From: Alphaproteobacteria bacterium
GTDB taxonomy: Bacteria; Pseudomonadota; Alphaproteobacteria; SP197
Direction: 5' to 3'
NCBI GenBank assembly: GCA_964291415.2
Contig: OZ219917.1
Location: 352,001-416,000 of the forward strand
DNA: 64,000 nt
The first letter of the stretch is position 1, and every line of letters starts with the position of its first letter. The translations under genes and the position numbers were made by a program. The notes beneath the pieces were generated by a model that did no database searches, was not told the origin of the DNA, and saw nothing but the letters and a program-made list of their open reading frames with translations. Positions 1 to 10,475 of the stretch are shown piece by piece.

Positions 1-340
1 CGAGACGGGCATCGAGCAACCGGGCCAGCTGGTTGATGCCTGCGCCCCCGGCGGCGAAGTTGGCGACCATCTGCTCCGTGACGTCGGCGGGAAAGGCTGA
101 CACGCCCTGTGCCGCCACGCCGTGATTGCCGGCAAACACCATGCAGAAGACGTCGCTCGCCCGCGGCGGATGACGGCCCTGCCAGGACGCCATCCAGACA
201 GCCAGTTCCTCCAGCCTGCCGAGTGATCCGGGCGGCTTTGTCAGCCTGTCATTGCGTGCAGCCGTTGCGGCCGCAGCGTCTGCGTCAGGGAGCGGGAGAT
301 TCCGCATGAGGTTCCTGATATCGGCAAGGGAGGAGATCAT
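1..340 (-). CDS. cobT: Nicotinate-nucleotide--dimethylbenzimidazole phosphoribosyltransferase, 5' part (runs off window start)
   Basis: Not in ORF track. Manual minus-strand translation from ATG at 340 gives [11 protein letters not shown]...[17 protein letters not shown]...[38 protein letters not shown], the CobT N-terminal signature. Divergent from cobS. Confidence 0.93.
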   Translation of the reverse strand, partial: MISSLADIRNLMRNLPLPDADAAAATAARNDRLTKPPGSLGRLEELAVWMASWQGRHPPRASDVFCMVFAGNHGVAAQGVSAFPADVTEQMVANFAAGGAGINQLARLLDARL

Positions 341-418
341 GGGGGATCCGGAAATCGTCGGCTGCTCGCATCCTTCTTACCCTTGACCTCACCCGCCAAC
401 AATCGGATAAGCACCGCC

Positions 419-1180
419 ATGCCGGACCATCAGGAAAGACCCGGGCTTGCCGCCAGCCTGGCGGCCGCCACGCAGTTTCTGACCCTGATTCCGGCGGGCG
501 ACGGGCATGATCACCCGCTCGCCCGGAGCGTGATGATGTTCCCCGTGGTCGGGGCGGCCATCGGCCTTGCTGGTGCACTCTTCTACATCGTCGCTGCCTG
601 GCTCGGCCTCGGCCCGGCCCTGGCGGCGATCGCCTGCGTTGTCGCCATGCTGGTTCTCACCCGGGGTCTCCACGAAGACGGACTGGCGGATCTTGCGGAC
701 GGCCTTGGTGCACACACGGACCGGGAAGGACGGCTCGCCGTCATGCGCGACAGTCGTATCGGGGCCTTCGGCGCCATGGCTCTCATCATCGTCATCGGCG
801 CCCGCGTTGCCGCCGTGGCGGATCTTCAGCACGCCATGGATGTCCTGGCGGCACTGGTCGTTGCCGCGGCCCTTTCCCGGGCCTTCATGGCGGTGGCGAT
901 GCGAACGATGCCGGATGCCAGGGGGGACGGCATGGCTGCCGCAGCGGGCGAACCGGAATTCGATCAGGTCCTGATCGCCCTTGGCGTCGGCGCCGTCCTG
1001 GCCCTGGTGCTCCTCTTTCCCTGGGCGTGGATCGCGGCGCTGGCCGGCGGCGGCATCGCCGCCTGCATCGTGGGCTGGTTGGCCATGACGGTCCTGGGGG
1101 GCAAGACCGGTGACGTCCTGGGCGCCATCCAGCAGGTCACGGAAATCGGCGTCCTTGCCGGCGTCGTGGCCGTGACATGA
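419..1180 (+). CDS. cobS: Adenosylcobinamide-GDP ribazoletransferase (cobalamin synthase)
   Basis: Motifs GLHEDGLADLADG, MRDSRIGAFG and GGKTGDVLGA in a hydrophobic membrane protein. Start could be 383 or 419. Confidence 0.95.
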   Translation: MPDHQERPGLAASLAAATQFLTLIPAGDGHDHPLARSVMMFPVVGAAIGLAGALFYIVAAWLGLGPALAAIACVVAMLVLTRGLHEDGLADLADGLGAHTDREGRLAVMRDSRIGAFGAMALIIVIGARVAAVADLQHAMDVLAALVVAAALSRAFMAVAMRTMPDARGDGMAAAAGEPEFDQVLIALGVGAVLALVLLFPWAWIAALAGGGIAACIVGWLAMTVLGGKTGDVLGAIQQVTEIGVLAGVVAVT

Positions 1181-1797
1181 CCTCGACGCGCTGGTGGTGG
1201 GTGCGTCATGCGCCGGTCACCGAGACCGATGGGCGAATCTACGGAGCCACCGATCCCAACGCGGACACCGGCGACCTCGAGAGCTTCCTTGCCCTCGCGG
1301 CCCTGCTCCCGGAGAAGGCCCGCTGGGTGACGAGCCACCTTCGACGAACCCGGCAGACGGCCCGGAGCATCGCCTTGGCCGGCAGGAGGACCATCAATCC
1401 CGAAGTCGAACCGGGATTTGGCGAACAGGACTTTGGCGACTGGCATGGCAGGACGTACAGCGAACTCGCGAACTCGGTGACTGCCCATCGCTTCTGGCTT
1501 GCCCCTGCCACCACGACGCCGCCCAATGGTGAGAGCTTTTCCGATCTCTGTGACCGCGTCACCCCGGTGATCCACCGTCTGACCGCGCAATGGGCGGGCA
1601 GGGACATCATTGCCGTCGCCCACGGCGGCACCATCCGCGCAGCGCTGGGTCTGGCCCTGGAACTTGATCCCGACACGTCACTGAAGTTCGCAACCGAGAA
1701 TCTCTCGGTGACCCGCATCGATCACTATACGGCAACGCGTCAGCACGAGGCCTCGTGGCGCGTCGTCTACATGAATCTCGTGCCCGGACTGGCGTGA
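1177..1797 (+). CDS. cobC: Histidine phosphatase family protein, probable alpha-ribazole phosphatase (CobC-like)
   Basis: RHA, EQDFGDW, GES and VAHGGTIR motifs. ATGA overlap with cobS. Confidence 0.8.
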   Translation: MTSTRWWWVRHAPVTETDGRIYGATDPNADTGDLESFLALAALLPEKARWVTSHLRRTRQTARSIALAGRRTINPEVEPGFGEQDFGDWHGRTYSELANSVTAHRFWLAPATTTPPNGESFSDLCDRVTPVIHRLTAQWAGRDIIAVAHGGTIRAALGLALELDPDTSLKFATENLSVTRIDHYTATRQHEASWRVVYMNLVPGLA

Positions 1798-1873
1798 CGC
1801 GGTCTTCACGACCGCCGTGCCGGTCTGGTAGCGCCATCGCGTCATCATGCGCTCGAGTCTCCACACGATCTTC
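1793..1873 (+). repeat. Imperfect direct repeat, copy 1 (degenerate copy of the 3' end of the PLD-helicase gene)
   Basis: CGTGACGCGGTCTTCA...TGCCGGTCTGGTAGCGCCATC...CATCATGCGCTCGAGT...ACGATCTTC matches 3404-3489 with substitutions and a 5-nt gap. Confidence 0.85.
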
Positions 1874-1972
1874 TTTGCGTAATGACCCGGCGCCCGGCCG
1901 GGGTCAGGGCGCGTGCGGCAAGCTGAAGGGATCGGGCTCTCCCACTGTCCGTCGGTCGATGGGCCGGGCACC

Positions 1973-3208
1973 GTGATCGCCCGGGCCATAGCACGCAGGC
2001 CGGTGTTGCTGGTCTGCGTGGTGTGCCTGGCGCTGGTGTCCGCGATGACCGGGTTTGCCGCCTATTGGTCGCTGCAGCCGGTGCTTCAGTCCGCGTGGCA
2101 CATGAACAATGCCGCGGCGGGCTGGCTCTCCGGTGCCTTCTTCGGTGGCTACGTGCTGGCGGTTCCGTTCCTCACCGCGATGACCGATCGGATCGATGCT
2201 CGGTACATCTTCATTCCGGGCGCGGCTCTCTCTGCAGTGGCTCTCGTCGGTTTGTCGTTTCTGGCAACGGAATTCTGGTCCGCCCTGCCCTGGCGTGTCG
2301 TGGCGGGTATCGGTCTCGCCGGGTGCTACATGCCGGGTCTCAAGGTGCTCACCGACCGCATTTCGAAGGCACGACGGGCGCGCGCGGTGGCCTTCTACAC
2401 GTCCAGCTTCAGCGCCGGAACAGCCCTCTCCTATGCGCTTGCGGGCAGTGCGCTCGAGTGGTTGGACTGGCGCGGTGTGCTCCTGTTCACGGCCGCCGGA
2501 CCGATGCTCGCCCTGGTCGCTGTCGCCATGCTGGTTGCGCCGCGCAAGCCGGAGGCGGCCAAGGAGGTCCGCAGCCAGCTGCTGGATTTCCGCCCGGTTC
2601 TGCGCTCGCGCAAGACGATGAGCTTCATCGTCGGCTACGCCGGCCACGGGGCAGAGCTCTTCGCCATGCGCTCCTGGATCGTGCCGTTCCTGGTGTTCTG
2701 CCTTGGCTCCGGCGCCGACTTCGAACCCGGCGCCACGCTGCTCGCCACCCTGATCGCCGCCATCGCAGTCGTGTCGAGTATTGGCGGTGCGGAGCTGGCC
2801 TTGCTGATCGGCCGCGTACGTCTGATAACCGGGGTGATGCTGTCCACGTTCGCGATCAGCGTTGTGGTCGGATTCTCGTCGATGCTGCCCTTCGCCGCGG
2901 TTGCCGTGCTGTGTCTGCTGTACTCCGCGGCAATCCAGGCCGATTCGGCAGCGCTGACCGCAGGTGCCGTCAATACGGCTCCGGTGGGCCATCGCGGGGC
3001 AGCGCTGGCAGTTCATTCAACGCTGGGATTCAGTGGATCGCTTTTCGCGCCGGCGCTCGTGGGCATGGTTCTCGATTGGGCCACACCCCTTGGAGGAACG
3101 ATCGCCTGGGGGTTGGCCTTCGTCACGATGGGATCGATGGGGTTGCTCGGCTATCTCGGTTTCGTGGCGTTGCGCCGGCGTCTGGCTCGAACCCGGGTTG
3201 CGCCATAG
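1973..3208 (+). CDS. MFS transporter
   Basis: About 12 hydrophobic segments and an MFS motif-A-like LTAMTDRIDAR. Start could be 1913 or 1973. Confidence 0.88.
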   Translation: MIARAIARRPVLLVCVVCLALVSAMTGFAAYWSLQPVLQSAWHMNNAAAGWLSGAFFGGYVLAVPFLTAMTDRIDARYIFIPGAALSAVALVGLSFLATEFWSALPWRVVAGIGLAGCYMPGLKVLTDRISKARRARAVAFYTSSFSAGTALSYALAGSALEWLDWRGVLLFTAAGPMLALVAVAMLVAPRKPEAAKEVRSQLLDFRPVLRSRKTMSFIVGYAGHGAELFAMRSWIVPFLVFCLGSGADFEPGATLLATLIAAIAVVSSIGGAELALLIGRVRLITGVMLSTFAISVVVGFSSMLPFAAVAVLCLLYSAAIQADSAALTAGAVNTAPVGHRGAALAVHSTLGFSGSLFAPALVGMVLDWATPLGGTIAWGLAFVTMGSMGLLGYLGFVALRRRLARTRVAP

Positions 3209-3403
3209 GAGCGCGACCGCGGGTGCTCTCTACAGTCTGTTGGCCGGCGCGCGGGTCGCGTGCCCACCGCTCGATCCTTCCCGGATGTCCTTGCACCTGC
3301 GGGTGAGATGCGCCACGTACGGGCCGGCTGGATGATGGCGGAACCTGCGTTCGGCACCCGGGAGGCGGGGCGTCACGGTGTTGCGGGTGATGGTGGCGAG
3401 ATC

Positions 3404-3489
3404 CGTGACGCGGTCTTCAGCCGGCGACCACCTTGCCGGCCTGGTAGAGCCATCCCGGCATCATGCGCTCGAGTTTCCAGACGATCTTC
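3404..3489 (+). repeat. Imperfect direct repeat, copy 2 (overlaps the true 3' end of the PLD-helicase gene)
   Basis: Matches 1793-1873. Confidence 0.85.
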
Positions 3490-6400
3490 ATCGGCCGCGA
3501 TGACTCGTGGCGCCGGCAGCTGGCGTATCCGAGACAGTGATAGGCCTGTGTCTCGGTCCGGTCATCGCGCTTGCGCTCACGCACGAAGAGAAGGACCTTC
3601 CCTGTCCCGCTGATGTACCGCTGCCCGGTGCCGGAGTCGGGCGACGTCGTGTTCTGGGTCTCCCAGTGGAAGAGCTGCGGCGAGACCGGGTAGTCGGCAT
3701 AGCGGACCGAGGGCGCATAGTCCTTCTCCGACTTCTCGAGAGTGATGAACAGCAGGTCCGTCCCTGACGTTTTCTCCCGGAGAACGCCTTCGCGCGGCCG
3801 CTTGAGAACGCCCCTGGCATCGGTCAGGCCATAGGCGGCGGTGATCTCCACAAGGGAATAGGTGGCATGACTGGCAAGCGGGTTCACGTCCCCGCCTTCG
3901 AGCGGCTGGGCAAGGGTGCGCGTGCGGTCGTCGAGAATGTCGAGGAGATCGATCAGTTCGTCACGCATGTCGGGCCAGGCGCGAACGGTCGCAAAGACCT
4001 CATCGGCGGTGTCGAGCGGTCTGTCGGCGGCCAGCAGACCAAAGAGCATCCATGCGAGGCGGCGCCGTCGGGGAGGAAGATCGTCCACCGTGACGTCGCT
4101 CGTCAGGATGGAGCGCCAGGTTTCCAGTCGTTCGCGGTCGTCCACGTGAAGCATGCGACCAACAGCTTTCATGAGTGATCGCTCTGTGGTCCGGGAGGTG
4201 AAGCCCGCCCGCTCAAGAAGGTCGGTGTAACAGTGGCCGGAGGATGGCCTGCGGTAGATGTCGTGGAGTTCGGCGCCCGAAGCCTTGACAAAGGCGCCAA
4301 GCCGGGTCGAGGGGCCAAGGGCACGAAGGTCCTCCACGAGATGGTTGCGTGCTGTCCGCAGGGCATGGCTCAGGTTGTCGAGCACGGTCCTTCTGGCGAT
4401 GCGGTCCAGCCTGAGCGCGCACCCGGGCGGCAGATAGGGGAAGTTCTCCTCGACGGCCTTCCTGACCTGTTGCCTGGTACCGCCGATGAGGGCCTGGTAG
4501 CGCATGTCGAAGCGGTACTCGCGCCGGGCCTGGCCGACGAAATCGAGGACGGTCAGCACCTGCTTGCCCTCCGCCCATCGTAGTCCCCGGCCGAGCTGCT
4601 GCAGAAAGACCGTGGCACTCTCGGTCGGGCGCAGCATGAGAATGGTATCGACTTCAGGGAGATCGACGCCCTCGTTGAAGAGATCGACGGTGAAGATGAC
4701 GTGGAGGTCGCCCGTGCGCAGGCCGGTGAGGGCCCTGTCACGTTCCGGGTGAGGTGTCGCCGCATCGAGCGCCGCTGCTTTCAGTCCCTTGCGGGAAAAC
4801 TGCTCAGCCATGAAATGCGCATGGCCAACCCCGGCGCAAAATCCCAGGGCGCGCATCCGCTCCGGATCGGGAACATGGTCGACAACCGCCTGCACAATCC
4901 GGCGGGCCCGCGCATGATCGCCGGTAAAGAGCGTGTCGAGCTCGCCCGCCACATAGCGTCCCTGCTGGAACCGGACGCCCGAGAGGTCGGTGCCGTCGTT
5001 GATCCCGAAGTAGTGGAAGGGACACAAGAGTCCCTGATCGAGGGCGTCCCAGAGCCTTGATTCGGAGGCGATGCGGCCATCAAACCAGTCGAGAACCGAC
5101 TTGCCGTCGGTTCGTTCCGGGGTGGCCGTGAGACCAAGGAGAAACCGGGGGCGCAGACGTTCGAGCAGGCGCTCGTAACTGCTGGCTGCAGCGTGATGGA
5201 ACTCATCGATGATGACGACATCGAATCCTGACGGATCGATATCGTCAATGCGGTTCTGCAGGGACTGCACGGAAGCAAAGACGTGCCGTCCCTCCTGCGG
5301 ACGCTTGCCCGCGACCAGCTGTTCGCCAAAGGAGGGATCACGCAGAACAATCTGGAAAACCTGCTGACTCTGGGCGAGAATCTCCCTTCTATGGGCAATG
5401 AACAACAGGGACTGAACCTGGTGATCCCGGCGGATCCGGCGGAAGTCGAAGGCCGCGATCCATGTTTTTCCCGTTCCCGTGGCGGCGACCACGAGGTTGC
5501 GATGATGACCCCGCCTTCTTTCGGTTTCGAGGGCCTCGAGAACGGCTTCCTGGTGGGGTTTGGCAACCGCATCGATGTAGAGCGTGACACCCGGCTTGTC
5601 GCCACGCTCTCTTTCTGCCCGCATCATCAACACGCGGGCCGTCGCGTTCCGGTTCGTAGACCTCGAACTCGGGCTCCTGCCAGTACTGCTCGAAGGTTGC
5701 CTGGAACTGGTCGATCACCTCCGGATTCCGGGTGGTGCTGACCCGCACGTTCCACTCGAGGCCGTCCACCTGGGCCGTGTGCGTGAGGTTCGAGGACCCG
5801 ATATAGGCGGTATGGTGACCGCTCTCCCTGCGGAAGAGCCACGCCTTGGCATGGAGGCGGGTGCGGTTGACATCAAAGGAGACCTTGACGTCAGCCCCGA
5901 GTTTGCGGAGTGCGTCGAGAGCCCGGCGCTCCGTCGTCCCCGTGTAGACCGTGGTGATGACGCGCACCGGAACACCGGCTGCAATTCTCTCTGCGAGCTC
6001 CCGTTGGAACAGTCGCAGTCCCGAATAGCGGACAAAGGCGCACAGGAGGTCGATGCCGTCGGCACTCGGTATCTCGCGAACGATCTCGCTGGAGATCTGC
6101 ACATCGCGTCGGCCATTGACGAGAAGACCCGTATCGCGCAGTGATCGTATCGGCCGTTGCGGTGCTTCCGGCTGACCTCCAAGTCCCTGGTTCCTGAAGA
6201 CGGCAAGCAGCAACTCCGCCGTCCCGGCCACATGTTCGTCGCCCGGCACCCCGTAGTTGCCAAGCATCCCGAGCAGCCGGTTTGCCAGTTCGATCTGGCG
6301 GTCTGCCGACATGCCGTCGAGAACACGGCGCAAGAGGTCCGCGACATGGAGGGTCAGAACATCCGCACGCCGGATCCCGTCGGTCGTGCCGGTCTCGACC

Positions 6401-6492
6401 GACCAGTTGTCCTCGAGCAGGATCTCGATCTTCTGCTTCAGGGACGAGGTCACGAGATCCTCGTAGAGCCCGGGACGCAGGTGTCGCTTCAT
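3417..6492 (-). CDS. PLD nuclease-SF2 helicase-DUF3427 protein (SauUSI-like modification-dependent restriction enzyme), split by a frameshift near 5620
   Basis: The 5' ORF (5389-6675 frame) has the PLD motif HAKAWLF...YIGSSNLT. The 3' ORF (3417-5633) has ATGTGKT, DEFHH, TATPER, QQLGRGLR and the DUF3427-type YADYPVSPQLFHWETQN. The frames join at ...DDA|AERERG. Confidence 0.88.
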
Positions 6493-6644
6493 TGCGTTCG
6501 TCTTCACCGCCTTGGCCCGGTCTATCACACGCCCTGGAACGCCTGCCAGGCCCCGGGCCGGAAGAGGGCGCCTGCGTTGACGACCGGGAAATGCTGTGAC
6601 AGCGTCCTCTGCCACGACATCATCTTTGGGGAGACCATGAGAAA

Positions 6645-7697
6645 ATGCGCACATCAGGAATGATTGCCTCCGCATTGCTGGCCGCCGCGGTGGCGGCCCA
6701 ACCGCTTGCCGCCGCCGAGGTCAGGGTGCTGAACTGGCAGGGATACGGGACCGACGAAGCCTGGGGCGTCGAGGCCTTCGAGGCGGCGACAGGCCACACG
6801 GTGGTGCACGACTACTTCAATTCCGAACAGGAAATGCTGACCAAGCTGCGCACCAGTCCCGGTGCCTACGACGTCGTGCTGATCAACTCTGCCTTCACCA
6901 TCCAGGCCGCCGAGGAAGGCCTCATCCAGCCCATCGACAGTGCGGCCATCTCCAACTTCGGCGACCTTTCGGCGGGCTTGAGGGATGCCGCGGAGTTCAG
7001 GCTCGACGGAGACCTCTACGGTGTCGCCTGGACCTGGGGTCTGACCTCGATCGCCTATGACACCGAGGAAGTCGATCCCGGCAACTCCATCGAGATCCTG
7101 TGGGATCCGGCCCATGCCGGCAACGTGGCCGTGCGGGACGATTCCGTCGAGAACGTCTACCTCGCCGCGCTCGCCACCGGTCAGAACATGAACGCGCCGG
7201 ACGATCTTGACGCGATCCGCCAGAAACTGCGCGATCTCAAGCCGCAGATCCGCACGTTCTGGTCATCGGAGGACGAGTGGAACAAGGAGTTCGCTGCCGA
7301 CGCCTTCGACGTTGCCGTCTACTGGTCGGGTTCGGCCTCGCGCAGCGCCAAGGCCTTCGGGCTGCCGGTCGGCTATCTCATTCCCGAGGAAGGCGCCATC
7401 GCCTGGCTCGACGGTCTCTCCCTTGCCGCCGGTTCGGCCAATCCGGAGGGGGCGCTCCAGTTCATCGACTACATGGTCAGTCCGGAGCACTTCGTGCGCT
7501 GGGACACCGAGGTCGGCGCACCCGCCTCGGCCAATGGCGTGGCCATGAACCAGCTGCCCGAAGACGCCTTCAACCGGCAGGTGCTGGGCGATCCCGCCGC
7601 CACGGCGAATCTCCAGTTCATGGCTCCGTTGTCAGACGAGACGCGGGAGACCTTCCTGGAGATCTGGGAGGAAACGAAGGCCTGGTACGCCGAATAG
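6645..7697 (+). CDS. ABC transporter substrate-binding protein, PotD/PotF family
   Basis: Signal peptide followed by VLNWQGY, FNSEQEMLTKL and PEEGAIAWLDG. Confidence 0.9.
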   Translation: MRTSGMIASALLAAAVAAQPLAAAEVRVLNWQGYGTDEAWGVEAFEAATGHTVVHDYFNSEQEMLTKLRTSPGAYDVVLINSAFTIQAAEEGLIQPIDSAAISNFGDLSAGLRDAAEFRLDGDLYGVAWTWGLTSIAYDTEEVDPGNSIEILWDPAHAGNVAVRDDSVENVYLAALATGQNMNAPDDLDAIRQKLRDLKPQIRTFWSSEDEWNKEFAADAFDVAVYWSGSASRSAKAFGLPVGYLIPEEGAIAWLDGLSLAAGSANPEGALQFIDYMVSPEHFVRWDTEVGAPASANGVAMNQLPEDAFNRQVLGDPAATANLQFMAPLSDETRETFLEIWEETKAWYAE

Positions 7698-7713
7698 CTG
7701 ACCTCTTGGTTTC

Positions 7714-7749
7714 GCCGGACAGTCCCGTTCTCTCGCGGGACTGTCCGGC
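7714..7749 (+). other. Intercistronic stem-loop after the substrate-binding protein gene
   Basis: Perfect 14-bp stem GCCGGACAGTCCCG-N8-CGGGACTGTCCGGC with no U-tract. Position is typical of mRNA-stabilising hairpins in ABC operons. Confidence 0.7.
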
Positions 7750-7771
7750 ACTCCGGCGCCGCCGCTGACCC

Positions 7772-8635
7772 ATGCGTATCGGGTCCCGGCGGCGCTGGGC
7801 GATCGCATGGCTGACGGGGCCTGCCTATCTCTGGCTGGCTGTGACGATCTTCCTGCCGCTGTCGGCGATGCTCTACTTCAGTTTCCAGAAGAAGGGCCCC
7901 TTCGGCAGGCACGCCAGCGAGTTCTCGCTGAAGCACTACGAGGCCTTCTTCACCAAGGGCTATCTCCAGGACCTCATGTGGCGGTCGCTGGAAATGGGGT
8001 TCCACGTCACCGGCTTGTGCATCCTCATCGGCTTCCCCGCCGCCTACTGGCTGGCCCGGCGCATCCGCGGACGCTGGCGCGAAGCCCTGTTCCTGCTGAT
8101 CGTCCTGCCCTTCTGGTCAAACGCCCTTGTCCGCGTCTTTTCCTGGACGATCGTGCTTCGTCCCGACGGAGTCCTTGACCGCGCCGTGCAACTGGTCATC
8201 CCCGGGCTGCCCTCCATCGATCTGACGGACTCCTATCCCGCCATCATCATCGGACTCGTTCATTCCTACCTTCCCTACATGATTCTCACGTGCTTCCTCT
8301 CCCTGCAGGCGATCGACGAGTCGCTGCTCGAGGCGGCCCGCAGCCTCGGCGCGCGATCATGGACCATCCTGCTGAGAATCATCCTGCCGCTTGCCGTTCC
8401 CGGCCTCGCTGCGGGGTCCATCCTGATCTTCGTTCCGGTGATCGGCTCATTCTTCGAACCACGCCTGCTGGGCGGGCCCAAGGGGACGGTGATCGGTACG
8501 GTCATCGAGGAGCAGTTCACCGTCGTCTCCAACTGGCCACTGGGCGGCGCCCTCTCGTTCATCCTGCTGGCCATCGTCCTGCTCATCCTCGCCGTGGCGG
8601 CGCCGGTTCTGAAGAACCACATGAGAACGACATGA
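7772..8635 (+). CDS. ABC transporter permease, PotB-like
   Basis: EAA loop SLLEAARSLGA and LIVLPFW motif. Confidence 0.92.
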   Translation: MRIGSRRRWAIAWLTGPAYLWLAVTIFLPLSAMLYFSFQKKGPFGRHASEFSLKHYEAFFTKGYLQDLMWRSLEMGFHVTGLCILIGFPAAYWLARRIRGRWREALFLLIVLPFWSNALVRVFSWTIVLRPDGVLDRAVQLVIPGLPSIDLTDSYPAIIIGLVHSYLPYMILTCFLSLQAIDESLLEAARSLGARSWTILLRIILPLAVPGLAAGSILIFVPVIGSFFEPRLLGGPKGTVIGTVIEEQFTVVSNWPLGGALSFILLAIVLLILAVAAPVLKNHMRTT

Positions 8636-9432
8636 ACCAGGCGCGCTGGATGGTGCTGGTCGGCGAGGGTGCGGGGCGACTGTGGCTCTTTCTGGTGCTG
8701 GTCTTTCTTTACCTTCCCATACTTGTGCTGGCCGTCATGGGACTGAACGACTCGGTGCACTACACCCTGCCGTTCACGTTCACGACGCGCTGGTACGAGG
8801 ACCTGGCGAGCAACGAGCGGCTTCTGCAAGCCAGCTTCAACAGCGTTGCGGTGGCGCTGGCCAACACGGTCATCGCCACCATACTGGGAACCATGGCGGC
8901 CCTCGCCTTTGCCCGATATCGCTTTCGCGGACGCACGGTGCTGCAGCTGCTGCTGTTTCCCCCCATCACCATTCCCTGGCTCATCATAGGCACCTCGATG
9001 CTGGTGCTGTTCTTCTGGACGGGTATCGGCCGGGGACTTCATGCCATGCTCCTGGGGCACGTGGCTCTCTCCCTGCCCTATGTCATCATCGTCGTCGGTG
9101 CCCGCCTGGCGAGCATCGGACCGGACCTCGAGGAGGCTGCTGCCAGCCTTGGCGCGACACCATTCCAGTCCCTGGTGCGGGTGCAGATTCCCGTCATGGC
9201 GCCCGGCATTGTCGCTGCCGCCCTCTTTGCCTTTGCCGTGTCGTTCGACCAGTTCGTCATCTCCTACTTCCTGGCGCCGCCAGGCGTCTCGGTCCTTCCC
9301 GTCGAGATCTTTTCCGCCATCCGCAAGGGTTTCACGCCCGAGGTCAACGCCATCTCCACCATCATGATCGTGATCTCCATGACGGCTCTTCTGCTTTTTG
9401 CCCGCCTCTCGAAGTTCGGTGGCGAGCGATGA
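8632..9432 (+). CDS. ABC transporter permease, PotC-like
   Basis: FLYLPI, LEEAAASLGA and AFAVSFD motifs. ATGA-coupled start at 8632. Confidence 0.92.
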   Translation: MNQARWMVLVGEGAGRLWLFLVLVFLYLPILVLAVMGLNDSVHYTLPFTFTTRWYEDLASNERLLQASFNSVAVALANTVIATILGTMAALAFARYRFRGRTVLQLLLFPPITIPWLIIGTSMLVLFFWTGIGRGLHAMLLGHVALSLPYVIIVVGARLASIGPDLEEAAASLGATPFQSLVRVQIPVMAPGIVAAALFAFAVSFDQFVISYFLAPPGVSVLPVEIFSAIRKGFTPEVNAISTIMIVISMTALLLFARLSKFGGER

Positions 9433-10475
9433 GCGCCGTCGACGTGCGCAACGTGTCGAAGCGCTACGGCGCCGTGACGGCCCTCGACCGGGTCTCGCTC
9501 GCCTTTCCGAACGGATCCTTCTTCGCCCTTCTGGGTCCCTCAGGCAGCGGCAAGACAACCCTGCTGCGGGCCCTTGCCGGATTCGTGGAACCCGATGACG
9601 GCATGATTCTCATCGATGATCGGGATGTGGCGCACATTCCCTCGTTCCGCCGCAACATCGGCATGGTCTTCCAGAACTATGCGCTGTTTCCGCACATGTC
9701 GGTGTTCGACAATGTCGCATTCGGATTGACCGTGCGCCGCCTGCCGCGTGCCGAGGTGCGCCAGCGGGTTGGCAAGATTCTCGAACTGGTACGCCTCGAC
9801 GGACTCGATGACCGCAAGCCGCGCGAGCTTTCAGGCGGACAGCAGCAGCGCGTCGCCCTGGCGCGCGCGCTTGTCACCGAACCCCGGGTGCTGCTTCTCG
9901 ACGAACCCCTGGGCGCGCTCGACAAGAAACTGAGACAGGACATGCAGGGCGAACTGAAACGCATCCAGCGCACAGTGGGAATCACGACGATCTTCGTCAC
10001 CCATGACCAGGAAGAGGCCCTGACGCTGTCTGATCACATCGCCATCATAGACGAGGGCCGGCTCATCCAGGTGGGTGAGCCGGGCGACGTCTACGACCGG
10101 CCACAAACCAGGTTCGCGGCAAACTTCCTGGGCGATGCGAACTTTCTTTCGGGACCGGTACAGGACTCCGGTATCGTGGTCGATCGCTTGGGCTACATCG
10201 CCACGACATCCCCGCTGCCGGCCGGCGAGGCGACCATTGCCGTCAGGCCCGAGCGGATCCGCCTCGCGGCTCCCGACGCGCCCACACAGGACAACCGCAT
10301 CGAGGGCCAGGTTGCCGAGCGTGTCTTTTCCGGCGCCAGTCTCACCTACACCGTCGATACCGATGCCGGACCATTGCGCGTCCTGCGGCAGAACACCGAC
10401 GGCGACGTCATAAACATCGGTGAGCGGGTCGCCCTCGTCTGGTCGGCCGATCATTCGGTCGTGGTCGAAGACTGA
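9429..10475 (+). CDS. ABC transporter ATP-binding protein, PotA-like
   Basis: GPSGSGKT, LSGGQQQR and LLLDEP motifs with a C-terminal TOBE-like region. Start at 9429 is coupled to the permease stop. Confidence 0.95.
   Translation: MSAVDVRNVSKRYGAVTALDRVSLAFPNGSFFALLGPSGSGKTTLLRALAGFVEPDDGMILIDDRDVAHIPSFRRNIGMVFQNYALFPHMSVFDNVAFGLTVRRLPRAEVRQRVGKILELVRLDGLDDRKPRELSGGQQQRVALARALVTEPRVLLLDEPLGALDKKLRQDMQGELKRIQRTVGITTIFVTHDQEEALTLSDHIAIIDEGRLIQVGEPGDVYDRPQTRFAANFLGDANFLSGPVQDSGIVVDRLGYIATTSPLPAGEATIAVRPERIRLAAPDAPTQDNRIEGQVAERVFSGASLTYTVDTDAGPLRVLRQNTDGDVINIGERVALVWSADHSVVVED

Noticed and set aside
8682-9428. 597-aa extended ABC ATPase
   Set aside because: The extension overlaps the permease in another frame. 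The real start is 9429.
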